From an uncultured Ectothiorhodospiraceae bacterium (GTDB taxonomy: Bacteria > Pseudomonadota > Gammaproteobacteria > Nitrococcales > Nitrococcaceae): a DNA stretch of 64,000 nucleotides. The notes below the pieces were generated by a model. That model saw only the letters and a list, made by a program, of their open reading frames with translations, made no database searches and was not told the origin of the DNA. Shown one piece after another: positions 45,696 to 55,770 of the stretch (position 1 is its first letter; each line of letters begins with the position of its first letter). The stretch lies in the NCBI GenBank assembly GCA_913055565.1, contig CAJXKP010000010.1, positions 3,267-67,266 of the forward strand. The letters are read 5' to 3'. Made by a program: the position numbers and the translations under genes.

Positions 45696-45790
45696 TACCG
45701 AGCGCCGTTCCTCGGTGTCCCCGGCCGCCGAGCCTAGTCCTGGGCCTCGCGAATAACGAGCTCCGGGACGGCAGCGCTCCTCGGCGGCCG
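45696..45790 (-). promoter_or_regulatory. SAH riboswitch in the ahcY leader
   Basis: The minus strand reads GCCGCCGAGGAGCGCUGC-(hairpin)-CUAGGCUCGGCGG-...-GGAACGGCGCUCGG. It ends ~10 nt before the ahcY SD (CAGGAG). The GAGGAGCGCUGC, AGGCUCGG and AACGGCGCUC blocks match my memory of the SAH riboswitch consensus, as does the ahcY context. Confidence 0.72.
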
Positions 45791-45815
45791 GAGTTCTACA
45801 GGCCCCAGAGGGCCC

Positions 45816-46976
45816 TTATACGCCGGCTTCCTTCTTGAGGTCGTCGGCCTTATCCGTGCGCTCCCACGTGAAGTTCGGCTCTTCGCGGCCGAAGTGGCCG
45901 TTGGAGGCCGTCGGCTGGAAGATCGGGCGCTTGAGATCAAGCATGCCCTGGATGCCGTAGGGGCGCAGGTCAAAGTGCTCGCGCACCATCTCGACCAGCT
46001 TCTCCTCACTGACCTTGCCGGTGCCGAAGGTGTCGACACCGATGGAGGTCGGCTCGGCCACGCCGATGGCGTAGGAGACCTGGACCTCACACTTGCTCGC
46101 CAGGCCGGCGGCGACGATGTTCTTCGCCACGTAGCGGCCGGCGTAGGCGGCGGAACGGTCCACCTTCGTCGGGTCCTTGCCCGAGAATGCGCCGCCGCCG
46201 TGACGGGCCATGCCGCCGTAGGTATCGACAATGATCTTGCGGCCGGTCAGACCACAGTCACCGACGGGCCCGCCGACGATGAAGCTGCCGGTCGGGTTGA
46301 TGTGGATCTTGGTCTTGTCGTCGATCCACTCGGAGGGCAGTACCGGCTTGATGATGTGCTCCATGACGGCCTCCTTGAGGTCGTCCTGGGAGATGCTCGC
46401 GGCATGCTGGGTGGACAGCACGACGGCGTCGAAGCCGGCGGCCTTGCCGTCCTCGTAGCGCATGGTCACCTGCGACTTGGCGTCGGGGCAGAGCCAGTCG
46501 AGCTCACCGCTCTTCATGAGGTCGGTCTGCTTCTGGGTCAGGCGGTGGGCGTAGGTGATCGGCGCCGGCATAAGGACATCGGTCTCGTCACAGGCGTAGC
46601 CGAACATCAGGCCCTGGTCGCCGGCGCCCTGGTCCTCGGGCTTAGCCCGATCAACGCCCTGGGCGATGTTGGGGGACTGCTTGCCGATGGCGTTGATCAC
46701 GGCGCACATGTCGCCGTCGAAGCCGACTTCCTTATTATCGTAGCCGATCTCTTTGATGGTCTTACGAACAATCTCTTCGAAGTCGACCTGCGCGGTGCTC
46801 GTGATCTCGCCGGCGACGATGGCCATGCCGGACTTAACCAGCGTCTCGCAGGCGACGCGCGCGTCCTTGTCCTGCTCAAGGATGGCGTCAAGGATCGCGT
46901 CCGAGACGTGGTCGGACATCTTGTCCGGATGGCCCGCCGTAACGGACTCGGAAGTAAACAGGTGTTGTTTGGTCAT
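45816..46976 (-). CDS. metK: S-adenosylmethionine synthetase
   Basis: [26 protein letters not shown]...[12 protein letters not shown]...[19 protein letters not shown]. Confidence 0.96.
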   Translation of the reverse strand: MTKQHLFTSESVTAGHPDKMSDHVSDAILDAILEQDKDARVACETLVKSGMAIVAGEITSTAQVDFEEIVRKTIKEIGYDNKEVGFDGDMCAVINAIGKQSPNIAQGVDRAKPEDQGAGDQGLMFGYACDETDVLMPAPITYAHRLTQKQTDLMKSGELDWLCPDAKSQVTMRYEDGKAAGFDAVVLSTQHAASISQDDLKEAVMEHIIKPVLPSEWIDDKTKIHINPTGSFIVGGPVGDCGLTGRKIIVDTYGGMARHGGGAFSGKDPTKVDRSAAYAGRYVAKNIVAAGLASKCEVQVSYAIGVAEPTSIGVDTFGTGKVSEEKLVEMVREHFDLRPYGIQGMLDLKRPIFQPTASNGHFGREEPNFTWERTDKADDLKKEAGV

Positions 46977-47072
46977 TGGGTAGAAACTCTCTCTATTGCT
47001 GAGTTCTTGATGTTGAGGCCCACGGCGGCCAGCGAGGGCCGCCGGTGGGGATCATCCAGTGCCGGGAAGCGG

Positions 47073-47915
47073 CTAGGACGACTTGCGGAAGACGAAGATG
47101 CCCCAAGTGATGTAGCCATTCTTGCCACCATCGACCCAGTGGCCGAGTCCGGTCTTCATACGCTCCATGTATTCCCGGCTGATGGCGTGGGCGACGTCCT
47201 CCTCACGCTCGATGAGCACCTCCCGGACGCGCCCGTAGTGCTGCGCGATCATGTCCGAGTGATCCTCAAAGGTGACTTCTTCGAGGCCGAGCTTGTTGAG
47301 CGCACCGCGATAGAAGTCCGGCGTCCCGAGGGTATCCAGATGGATGCGGGCCAGGATCGGATCGATGACGCCCTCCGGGCAGTCGTCCGCCTGCATCGGA
47401 TCGGTGAATACGAAGTGCCCACCGGGGCGTAGCACGCGATTGGCCTCTTCCAGGACCTTCTGGCGATCACCGCTATGCAGCATCGCGTCCTGGGACCAGA
47501 CGATGTCGAACGAGTCCGCCGCGTAGGGGATGTCGTCGAAGCTGCCGTCGACGATATCGACGAGCTGCTCCACCCCATGCTCCCGATTCTGCTGGCGGCC
47601 GCGCTCGTTCTCGCGCTCGCTGATGTTGAGGTTAACGACCTGGCAGCCGTACTCGTGGGCCAGGTAACGCGCCGACCCGCCGTAGCCACCGCCCAGGTCG
47701 AGAACGCGGCTGCTGCTACCCAGCGAGGGCACCAGCTCGGCCATGCGGGCGACCGTGCGGCGGCTAGCGTCGAATACCGGCTCGTCCGAGCGCTCGTAGA
47801 GCCCCACATGCAGATCCTCGCCACCCCAGATGAGGCTGTAGAAGTTATCCGCATCCTCGCTGTTGTAATACTCGCGGGCGGTCTCGTCCGCCGGGTTATA
47901 CGCGCTGTTACCCAT
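47073..47915 (-). CDS. sarcosine/dimethylglycine N-methyltransferase
   Basis: AREYYNSEDADNFYSLIWGGEDLHVGLY...VLDLGGGYGGSARYLA matches the halophile SDMT enzymes (Halorhodospira halochloris/Aphanothece type). ATG 47915 overlaps the GSMT stop (ATGGGTAA). Confidence 0.88.
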   Translation of the reverse strand: MGNSAYNPADETAREYYNSEDADNFYSLIWGGEDLHVGLYERSDEPVFDASRRTVARMAELVPSLGSSSRVLDLGGGYGGSARYLAHEYGCQVVNLNISERENERGRQQNREHGVEQLVDIVDGSFDDIPYAADSFDIVWSQDAMLHSGDRQKVLEEANRVLRPGGHFVFTDPMQADDCPEGVIDPILARIHLDTLGTPDFYRGALNKLGLEEVTFEDHSDMIAQHYGRVREVLIEREEDVAHAISREYMERMKTGLGHWVDGGKNGYITWGIFVFRKSS

Positions 47916-48726
47916 CGACGTCCTCGCCCTCAACGTAGCGCTTCTCGGCGATGTGGATATAGAAGTCCGGCTGCTCGACCTTGTAGGTCTCCTGAAAATC
48001 GCCGAACGTCTCCACCTTCTGGAAGCCTACCTCGTGCATCAGGCGCCGCACGTAGTTCTTACGCAGCGGGAACATGTTGAGGTAGTAGGTCTGCTGATCC
48101 GGGAAGGTGTACTTAAAGCGCGCCAGCCCGTCGTCGACGTGCTCCGGATACACGGAGATGTTGTCGCCACAGTAGTAGTAGGTGTGGCTGGACTCGTAGC
48201 CGTGATCCAGGATGGCGTCATAGTTGCGCTGGTCGAGGATCAGGATGCCGTCGTTCTTAAGGGCGGCATAGAACTCGGCGAGGCTCTTGCGGCGATCTTT
48301 CTCCGAGAACAGATGGGTAAAGGAGTTGCCTAAGCAGATGATGGCGTCGTAGTGGCCGTGGATATCGCGGTTCAGCCACCGCCAGTCGACCTGCACCGTG
48401 CGCATGATGAGGTTGCGCTGGCGGCCGTTCTCGAAGGCCTTGGCCAGCATCTCCGGGGCGCCGTCGCAGCTAACGACCTGGAAGTTGGCTTCGGCTAGGC
48501 GTACGGAGTGGAATCCGGTACCGGTGGCGACGTCCAGGATCTTCTCGGCGCCACGCTTGCGCAGCTCCTCGATGAAGAAATCGCCCTCGCTCTCGGCGCG
48601 GCTCTTCCAGTCGATGAGCTCGTCCCACTTGTCGACGAAGCCAAAGTTGTACTCCTCGACGTAGTGATCCGAGTTTCGGACGGCCGTTGGATCGGCGCCG
48701 AAGTTCTGCTCCTCTTGTGTACTCAT
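47908..48726 (-). CDS. glycine/sarcosine N-methyltransferase
   Basis: FGADPTAVRNSDHYVEEYNFGFVDKWDELIDWKSRAESEGDF...ILDVATGTGFHSVRL...LGNSFTHLF...LDQRNYDAIL matches the known GSMT enzymes closely. Confidence 0.9.
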   Translation of the reverse strand: MSTQEEQNFGADPTAVRNSDHYVEEYNFGFVDKWDELIDWKSRAESEGDFFIEELRKRGAEKILDVATGTGFHSVRLAEANFQVVSCDGAPEMLAKAFENGRQRNLIMRTVQVDWRWLNRDIHGHYDAIICLGNSFTHLFSEKDRRKSLAEFYAALKNDGILILDQRNYDAILDHGYESSHTYYYCGDNISVYPEHVDDGLARFKYTFPDQQTYYLNMFPLRKNYVRRLMHEVGFQKVETFGDFQETYKVEQPDFYIHIAEKRYVEGEDVDG

Positions 48727-48757
48727 ACGAGTAATTCCTCTGCGGCTTAACAGGCTC

Positions 48758-48834
48758 GTGACTCGTCTGGCGGGCCGACCGGCCCGCTATGCCCCTCAGG
48801 CACAGCGAGTCACGTCAACGGGCCCGAAGGCCCG
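48758..48834 (-). promoter_or_regulatory. structured 5' leader of the GSMT operon (three-way junction plus UUCG hairpin)
   Basis: Minus strand: hairpin CGGGCC-UUCG-GGCCCG, then P1 GUGACUCG/CGAGUCAC enclosing UGCC..GGCA and GCGGGCC-GGUC-GGCCCGC. It ends 32 nt before ATG 48726. No known family recognised. Confidence 0.3.
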
Positions 48835-49493
48835 GTACTCCCACGGCGGACGCACGTTAACACGGCGAGCCAAACTCGCGACCGCATTAGCTATTACGTC
48901 GAGCCGCGCTGAAAATCGCTTGTTACATCATCCGGGTATCACCCGTGCCGACCGACTGAAGCCGGCTGAATCCGGGCGAACCGAGGGGGACCTCCGCGTC
49001 CGGCATGTGGGCCCAGCGGTGGCGCGCTCGCGAGCAGCGGTCAGTTCGTCTGACCGCCAGCGCACGGCCTCCACCCTGCAGCCCCCTGACGAGGGGCGCT
49101 CTGTAAGACTGGCACAGGAGTATGCATGAACACGGACGAGAAATCAACTTTGGGCTCATTGCAGTGCTGGCCGCTCATTGGTTGCCAGCCTCACGCAAGT
49201 TGGCCAGAATTCGGTGCGGAGGATGTTGGGCTGGGTCGCGTGGGCCAGCGGCAGACGGTGGTTGAAGTCCAGCTCACCATCCCCAACATCCCGCGACCAC
49301 GGCCGAGGTGACTCGGTAGCGGTCTGGCCCCTGATCGATCGCCGGCGAGGCGTGCTTGCGCCACAGGGCGCAGCGGTTCGGTTTGGCGACTGGCGGTACC
49401 GCGAGCCTTACGCTGGGCGGGCCTAGCGACGCGACACCCCCAGCAGGTTTCCAGGTTTCGTCGCACAATCATCGACACAAGACGGAGAGATCA

Positions 49494-50510
49494 ATGGCGG
49501 TAAAAGTAGGGATCAACGGCTATGGGCGCATCGGACGGAACGTGCTGCGCTCGCTGTACGAGTCCGGGCGCACCGACGAGGTTCAGATCGTCGCCATCAA
49601 CGACCTCGGCGATGCCGAGATGAACGCGCACCTAACGCGCCACGATACGGCGCACGGGCCATTCCCGGGCTCGGTCTCGGTGGAGGGCGGTAACCTGGTC
49701 GTCAACGGCGATCCGATCAAGTGCCTGTCCGAGAAAGACCCCTCGCAGATCCCGTGGGGCGAGATGGGGGTCGATGTCGTGCTGGAGTGCACCGGCATCT
49801 TCGTCGAGGGTGAGAAGGCCGCCAAGCACCTCGAGGGCGGCGCTAAGAAGGTCATCATCTCGGCGCCGGCGAAGGGTGAGTTCGACGGCATGTTCGTCCA
49901 CGGGGTCAATCACAAGGACCTCAAGGCCGACCACAAGATCATCTCCAACGCCTCGTGTACCACCAATTGCCTGGCCCCGGTCGCTAAAGTGCTGCAGGAC
50001 AAGATCGGCATCCAGCACGGCCTGATGAACACCATCCACTCCTACACCAACGACCAGGTGTTGAGTGACGTCTACCACTCGGATCCGCGGCGCGCCCGCA
50101 GCGCTACCCACAACCAGATCCCGACCAAGACCGGTGCGGCGGCGGCCGTGGGTAAGGTCATCCCGGAGCTCGCGGGCAAGCTCGATGGCTTCGCGATCCG
50201 CGTACCGACCATCAACGTCTCCATGGTTGATTTCACCTTCCAGGCATCCCGGGGTACCTCGGTCGACGAGGTGAATAAGGTCGTCAAAGAGGCATCTGAG
50301 GGCGGCGAGCTCAAGGGCATCCTTGGCTACACCGAGGAGCCGCTGGTGTCTTCGGATTTCAATCACGACGCGCGCTCGTCGATCTTTGACGCGACCCAGA
50401 CCCGCATGCAGGGCAACGACTTCGTCAAGATCTGCTCTTGGTACGACAACGAGTGGGGCTTCTCCAGCCGCATGGTCGATATGGCCATCGCCATGATGAA
50501 CGCCAAGTAA
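49494..50510 (+). CDS. gap: glyceraldehyde-3-phosphate dehydrogenase
   Basis: [19 protein letters not shown]...[12 protein letters not shown]...[12 protein letters not shown] 49494 after GGAGAGA; the upstream part of the track ORF is not coding. Confidence 0.95.
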   Translation: MAVKVGINGYGRIGRNVLRSLYESGRTDEVQIVAINDLGDAEMNAHLTRHDTAHGPFPGSVSVEGGNLVVNGDPIKCLSEKDPSQIPWGEMGVDVVLECTGIFVEGEKAAKHLEGGAKKVIISAPAKGEFDGMFVHGVNHKDLKADHKIISNASCTTNCLAPVAKVLQDKIGIQHGLMNTIHSYTNDQVLSDVYHSDPRRARSATHNQIPTKTGAAAAVGKVIPELAGKLDGFAIRVPTINVSMVDFTFQASRGTSVDEVNKVVKEASEGGELKGILGYTEEPLVSSDFNHDARSSIFDATQTRMQGNDFVKICSWYDNEWGFSSRMVDMAIAMMNAK

Positions 50511-50612
50511 GGCTGTCAGCGGTTGTGATGTTGCGAGCGGGGCGGCGTGTCCGAGGGCACTCGCCCCGTTTGTTTTCGCGCCGGTGATCGATCAGCGATA
50601 GGAGTACAAAAT

Positions 50613-51791
50613 ATGGCGATTAAGTACATGTCGAATCTAGACCTCGTGGGTAAGCGCGTACTCATCCGCGAGGACTTCAACGTGCCGCAGGCCGACGACG
50701 GCTCGGTAACGGACGATACCCGAATCCGCGCCGCCATCCCGACCATTGAGCAGGCGGTCAAGGCCGGTGCGAAGGTAATGCTCATGAGCCACATCGGGCG
50801 GCCCGAGGAGGGCGTGCTCGACGACGAGAACTCGCTGGCGCCGGTGGCGAAGCACCTGAGCAAGCTGCTGGGCTACGAGGTGCCATTGGTGCGCGAGTGG
50901 CTGGACGGCGTCGATCTCGACGATGGGGACGTCGTCCTCTGCGAGAACGTGCGCTGTAATAAGGGTGAGAAAAAGGACGATGAGCAGCTGGCCAAGCGGA
51001 TGGCTGGCATCTGTGACGTCTATGTGATGGATGCCTTTGGCACGGCCCACCGCGCGCAAGCATCCACGCACGGTGTGGCGCGTTTCGCGCCAGAGGCCTG
51101 TGCTGGTCCGTTGCTTGCCGGCGAGTTGGAAGCGCTCAGCAAGGCGCTCGATAACCCGGCGCGGCCGATGGTGGCTATCGTCGGCGGTGCCAAGGTCAGC
51201 GGCAAGCTTGAGGTCCTCGAGGCGCTAACCGACAAGGTGGATCAGCTGATCTTGGGTGGCGGCATCGCCAACACCTTCATCAAGGCGGCCGGCTACGGCG
51301 TCGGTAAGTCGCTCTACGAGGAGGATCTCGTGGGCGAGGCCAAGCGGCTGATGGACAAGGTCGCCGCCAAGGGCGGCGAGATCCCGCTGCCCGAGGATGT
51401 GCGCACGGCCAAGTCGTTCGACGCCAGCGCCGCCGCCGAGGTTAAGAAGCTCACCGATGTTGCGGATGACGATCAGATCCTCGACGTCGGCCCGGAGACC
51501 GCCTCGAAGTACGCCAGCGCACTGGAGAACGCGGGCACCATTGTGTGGAACGGTCCGGTGGGGGTGTTCGAGTTCGAGAACTTTGCCGAGGGCACCCGGG
51601 CGATGGGCGAGGCGATCGCTCGAAGCAACGGGTTTTCCTTGGCGGGTGGCGGCGATACGCTGGCTGCCATTGCGAAGTTCGGTTTGGACGACCGGATTTC
51701 GTATATCTCCACGGGTGGCGGCGCCTTCCTGGAGTTCGTGGAGGGTAAGACCCTTCCCGCCGTGGCCGCACTGGAAGAGCGCGGTCGATAA
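50613..51791 (+). CDS. pgk: phosphoglycerate kinase
   Basis: [17 protein letters not shown]...MSHIGRP...[15 protein letters not shown]...GGGDT. ATG 50613 after AGGAG. Confidence 0.95.
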   Translation: MAIKYMSNLDLVGKRVLIREDFNVPQADDGSVTDDTRIRAAIPTIEQAVKAGAKVMLMSHIGRPEEGVLDDENSLAPVAKHLSKLLGYEVPLVREWLDGVDLDDGDVVLCENVRCNKGEKKDDEQLAKRMAGICDVYVMDAFGTAHRAQASTHGVARFAPEACAGPLLAGELEALSKALDNPARPMVAIVGGAKVSGKLEVLEALTDKVDQLILGGGIANTFIKAAGYGVGKSLYEEDLVGEAKRLMDKVAAKGGEIPLPEDVRTAKSFDASAAAEVKKLTDVADDDQILDVGPETASKYASALENAGTIVWNGPVGVFEFENFAEGTRAMGEAIARSNGFSLAGGGDTLAAIAKFGLDDRISYISTGGGAFLEFVEGKTLPAVAALEERGR

Positions 51792-51836
51792 CAACAACGC
51801 CAACTCGTGTGGCAGGCAGCCAGTACAGGAAGAGTC

Positions 51837-53273
51837 ATGATCCGACAGACCAAGATCGTTGCCACATTGGGACCCGCGACGGACACCTCGCAGGCGCTCG
51901 CGGGCATCGTCCGCTCGGGCGTCGATGTGGTTCGCCTCAATCTCTCGCACGGTGACCACGACGAGCACGCGGCGCGCGCCGAGCGCCTGCGCGAGGCCGC
52001 CCGCCAGTCGGGTCGCGTCGTGGGTCTGCTCTGCGATCTCCAGGGCCCGAAGATCCGTATCGAGAAGTTCGCCAACGGCCCCGTCCAGCTCAACAACGGC
52101 GATAGCTTCTTCCTGGACCCGCAGCTCGACGGCGAGTCCGGGACGAGCGAGGGTGTTGGCACCGCCTACGAGGGCCTGGCCGACGATGTCGCCCCCGGCG
52201 ATATCTTGCTCCTGGCCGATGGGCTCATTCGCCTGCGCGTGGAGCGCGTCGAGGGAACGCGGGTCCACACCACCGTCGAGATGGGTGGCGAGCTCGGGGA
52301 CCGTAAGGGCATCAATCGCCAGGGGGGCGGGCTGTCCGTACGCGCCCTAACGGATAAGGACCGCGAGGATATCCATCTCGCCTCGCGCCTGGACTGCGAC
52401 TACATGGCGATCTCCTTCCCCAAGGATGCCGATGATGTCCGCGAGGCGCGTGAGCTCCTTCACCAGGCCGGTGGCGAGGCCGGCATCGTCGCCAAGATCG
52501 AGCGCCGTGAGGCGGTGGATAACCTGGCGTCCATCATGCAGGCTGCGGACGCCGTCATGATCGCGCGCGGTGATCTTGCCGTGGAGATCGGCGATGCCGA
52601 CCTGCCGGGCGTGCAGAAGCGCATCATGCGCCTGGCGCGTGAGTTCGAGTGTGTGGTGATCACCGCGACGCAGATGATGCAGTCGATGGTGGATAGCCCC
52701 ATGCCGACGCGGGCCGAGGTGCTGGATGTGGCCAACGCCGTGCTCGACGGTACGGATGGCGTCATGCTCTCCGAGGAGACGGCCATGGGTCGCTATCCCT
52801 CGGAGACCGTCGACGCCATGGCGCGCGTCTGTATCGGCGCGGAGTCCTACGCCGACGAGGTTCGGTCCGAGGATAGCTGGCGCGAGGAGCCCCACTATGC
52901 GCGCGTGGATGAGACCATCGCTAAGACCGCCATCACGGCGGCCAACCGCCTCGGTGTGCGGGCGATCGCGGCGATGACGGAATCTGGTTCCACGGTCATG
53001 TGGATGTCGCGCATCGGCACGGATATCCCGATCTACGCGTTGTCGGAGCAGGAGGGCACGCGCACGCGGGTCACGCTGTATCGGGGCGTCCATCCGGTGG
53101 ACTTCGATCCCAAGGGCAAGGACAGTAACGCCATCGATGACGCCGTTATCCGGGAGCTACGCCGGACCGGCGCGGCTGACCCGGGGGATCTGGTGCTTAT
53201 CACCAAGGGCGACATCGCGGGTGCCCACGGCGGCACGAACGCCATGAAGATCATTCCCGTACCGGGGGACTGA
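51837..53273 (+). CDS. pyk: pyruvate kinase
   Basis: MIRQTKIVATLGPAT...VVRLNLSHG...IVAKIERREAV...MIARGDLAVEI...ATQMMQSM...LSEETAMGRYP. Confidence 0.95.
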   Translation: MIRQTKIVATLGPATDTSQALAGIVRSGVDVVRLNLSHGDHDEHAARAERLREAARQSGRVVGLLCDLQGPKIRIEKFANGPVQLNNGDSFFLDPQLDGESGTSEGVGTAYEGLADDVAPGDILLLADGLIRLRVERVEGTRVHTTVEMGGELGDRKGINRQGGGLSVRALTDKDREDIHLASRLDCDYMAISFPKDADDVREARELLHQAGGEAGIVAKIERREAVDNLASIMQAADAVMIARGDLAVEIGDADLPGVQKRIMRLAREFECVVITATQMMQSMVDSPMPTRAEVLDVANAVLDGTDGVMLSEETAMGRYPSETVDAMARVCIGAESYADEVRSEDSWREEPHYARVDETIAKTAITAANRLGVRAIAAMTESGSTVMWMSRIGTDIPIYALSEQEGTRTRVTLYRGVHPVDFDPKGKDSNAIDDAVIRELRRTGAADPGDLVLITKGDIAGAHGGTNAMKIIPVPGD

Positions 53274-53279
53274 TCGTCG

Positions 53280-53314
53280 GGCCCAAGCCGCCCGTCGGCC
53301 GGGCGGCTTGGGCC
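53280..53314. terminator. perfect 15-bp GC hairpin between convergent pyk and purC
   Basis: GGCCCAAGCCGCCCG-TCGGC-CGGGCGGCTTGGGCC sits exactly in the 42-nt gap between the two stop codons. No U tract. Confidence 0.5.
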
Positions 53315-53315
53315 G

Positions 53316-54230
53316 CTACGTCGCCTGCCCTGATGATACCCCGAGCAGGCGCTGCTCGGCCTCGCGGTACTTGGCCGCTGTTTGCTCGATGATCTCGTCG
53401 GGCAGTCGAGGAGCGGGGTCGGTCTTGTCCCAGTCCAGGGTCTCCAGGTAATCCCGCACGAACTGCTTGTCGAAACTCGGGGGTGCCTGACCCGGTTGGT
53501 GGGCGTCCGCGGGCCAGAAGCGGCTGGAGTCGGGGGTGATAGCCTCATCGATCCAGACCAGGCTGCCGTCCGGGCTCAGGCCGAACTCGAATTTGGTGTC
53601 GGCCAGTATAATGCCGCGCTCACGGGCGTAGGCCGCGGCGCGCTCGTAGATCTCGAGGCTAACGCGGCGCACGGCCTGCGCCTCCCGGCGGCCGATGCGA
53701 TCGACAATGGCCTGGTAGCTCACGTTCTCGTCATGCTCGCCGATGGCGGCCTTGGTCGAGGGGGTGAAGATGGCCTCGGGGAGGGCCTCCGCCTGCCGCA
53801 GGCCCTCGGGGAGCTCGATGCCACATACGGCACCCGTCGATTGGTAGTCGCGCCAGCCCGAGCCGATGAGATAGCCACGCACGATCGCCTCCACGGGCAG
53901 CGGCTCGAGGCGCCGAACGATCATCGCGCGCTGGGCTACCTGTTCTCGCTCCGCGCTGTCGGGTAAAACCTCCTCGAGCGGGTCGGTGAGCATCTGGTGA
54001 TCGACCAGGCGCGTCATACGCTGGAACCAGAAACGCGACAAGGCATTGAGCACGGCGCCCTTGCCCGGGATGGGGTCGGGTAGGACCACATCGAAAGCGG
54101 ACAAGCGATCCGTGGTCACGATCAGGAGCCGATCCGCGTCGATGGCGTAGATATCGCGCACCTTGCCGCGGCCAAGGCACTCCAGGCTGGTGAGCTCGCT
54201 GCGGTACAGGGTCTCGGGCCCGTCGCTCAT
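53316..54230 (-). CDS. purC: phosphoribosylaminoimidazole-succinocarboxamide synthase
   Basis: [37 protein letters not shown]...[10 protein letters not shown]...[12 protein letters not shown]. Confidence 0.93.
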   Translation of the reverse strand: MSDGPETLYRSELTSLECLGRGKVRDIYAIDADRLLIVTTDRLSAFDVVLPDPIPGKGAVLNALSRFWFQRMTRLVDHQMLTDPLEEVLPDSAEREQVAQRAMIVRRLEPLPVEAIVRGYLIGSGWRDYQSTGAVCGIELPEGLRQAEALPEAIFTPSTKAAIGEHDENVSYQAIVDRIGRREAQAVRRVSLEIYERAAAYARERGIILADTKFEFGLSPDGSLVWIDEAITPDSSRFWPADAHQPGQAPPSFDKQFVRDYLETLDWDKTDPAPRLPDEIIEQTAAKYREAEQRLLGVSSGQAT

Positions 54231-54316
54231 GCTGGCTCCTCGTGTCTCACGGTTGCGCTCAGAAAGGCGCTAGTCTACCCGCCGTCGCCGGCGCGACGCG
54301 AGAATACGACCGACAC

Positions 54317-55765
54317 TCAGCCCCCGCCTGAGCTGCCCTTGATCTGCTCGAACGCGGCCAGGGCCTCCTTTCGGCTGGCCTGTAGATCCACCACGGGCCG
54401 GGGGTAGTTGTGGCCGAGCTGTACCCCCGCGTCCCGGCAGACGCCGGCTGGCGCCTGCCATGGGGCGTGTCGGTGTTTGGCCGGCAGGCCGGCGATCTCG
54501 GGAACCCAATGGGCGACGAACGAGCCCTGGGGATCGAAGCGCTCGCCCTGGCGGATGGGGTTGAAGATGCGAAAGAACGGCGCCGCGTCGGCGCCGCTGC
54601 CGGCAACCCACTGCCAGCCCAGGCTGTTACTCGCGAGGTCAGCGTCCACCAGGGTGTCCCAGAACCAGCGTTCCCCCGTCTGCCAGGGGATGCGCGCGTT
54701 CTTGACCAGTAGCGAGCCGACGATCATGCGCACCCGGTTGTGCATCCAGCCCGTCTGCCAGAGCTGGCGCATGCCGGCGTCGACGATGGGAAATCCCGTC
54801 TCGCCGCGCTGCCATGCGCGGAGCAGGGGCTCTGGATCGGCGCGCCACGGGAAGTCGGCGAAGCGGGCGTTCAGTGGCTGATCCGGGAAGTCGGGATGGT
54901 GGTAGAGCACGTGATGGGCGAATTCCCGCCAGCCGATCTCCGCGAGGAAGGCCTGAGCGCTTTGGTCGGCGTCCTCATCCGCGTGCGTTAGCGCCGAGAG
55001 CGTCGCGGTGCGTATTTGACGCGGACCGATCTCGCCGAAGTGAAGATGGGGGGATAGCCCCGAGGTGCCATTGATGGCGGGCTGGTCGCGAGCGGTCTCA
55101 TAGGCGCTAACGCCGTCGTCGAGGAAACGATCGAGCCGCCGCTGTGCCCCTTTCTCCCCGGGCTGCCAGTTGGTGGCCAGCCCATGGTCCCAGCGGATCC
55201 GGGGTAGCAGTCCCAGGTCGGTGATGGTTACGCCGTCGGCTGAGGCACCGGCCGTCAGGCGCGGCTCTGGGCTCGGGGCAGGAGGCTCCTGAGTCCGCTG
55301 GCAGGCACGCCAGAAGGGCGTGAAGGCCCGGTAGTCGGTGCCGCTACCCGTACGGATCGTCCATGGCTCGTAGAGTAGCGCCGCGTTGTGGCTAACGGCC
55401 GAGACGCCGTTATCGCGCAGGCGTGATTTGATCGCGGTGTCGCGGGCGATGAGGGCGGGCTCGTAGAGCCGGTTCCAGTGCACCGCTACGGCCCCCGTCT
55501 CAGCGATGAGGTTGGCGAGGGCATCGCCCGCCGGTCCGTGCCGGATGACCAGCCCCAGTCCGCGCTCGGCAAGGGCGTCTCCCAGGGCCTGCAGGCTGTG
55601 ATGGCGCCACCAGTTGCTGGCCGCGCCTGGGGCCCAGTCGCCTTCGGCCGCGGGGTCATGGATGTAGACCGGTAGGCAGGGATAGCCCGACTCAGCGGCC
55701 GCCTGCAGGGCCGGGTTATCCGTGAGCCGGAAGTCGCGGCGGAACCAGACGATTACGCAAGCCAT
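54317..55765 (-). CDS. phrB: deoxyribodipyrimidine photolyase (class I CPD type)
   Basis: VIVWFRRDFRLTDNPAL...SGLSPHLHFGEI...WREFAHHVL...GWMHNRVRMIVGSLLVK...WQWVAGSGADAAPFFRIFNP. Confidence 0.92.
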   Translation of the reverse strand: MACVIVWFRRDFRLTDNPALQAAAESGYPCLPVYIHDPAAEGDWAPGAASNWWRHHSLQALGDALAERGLGLVIRHGPAGDALANLIAETGAVAVHWNRLYEPALIARDTAIKSRLRDNGVSAVSHNAALLYEPWTIRTGSGTDYRAFTPFWRACQRTQEPPAPSPEPRLTAGASADGVTITDLGLLPRIRWDHGLATNWQPGEKGAQRRLDRFLDDGVSAYETARDQPAINGTSGLSPHLHFGEIGPRQIRTATLSALTHADEDADQSAQAFLAEIGWREFAHHVLYHHPDFPDQPLNARFADFPWRADPEPLLRAWQRGETGFPIVDAGMRQLWQTGWMHNRVRMIVGSLLVKNARIPWQTGERWFWDTLVDADLASNSLGWQWVAGSGADAAPFFRIFNPIRQGERFDPQGSFVAHWVPEIAGLPAKHRHAPWQAPAGVCRDAGVQLGHNYPRPVVDLQASRKEALAAFEQIKGSSGGG

Positions 55766-55770
55766 GCGGA

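Noticed and set aside
46977-47072. Possible SAM riboswitch in the SDMT-metK gap
   Set aside because: Only one GC hairpin is present (CCACCGGCGGCC...GGCCGCCGTGGG), with no recognisable SAM-class consensus. It is more likely an intercistronic stabiliser or attenuator.
45894-47432. 512-aa ORF on the plus strand
   Set aside because: It is antisense to metK and to the 3' part of SDMT. It spans an intergenic gap and two real genes, and has no recognisable motifs.
48727-48860. Glycine, SAM-I/II or SAM-SAH riboswitch upstream of GSMT
   Set aside because: The hallmark conserved blocks of those classes, as I remember them, are not visible. It is reported only as an unclassified structured leader.
51225-52268. 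347-aa minus-strand ORF, plus 52347..53093
   Set aside because: They are antisense to pgk/pyk, which are unambiguous.
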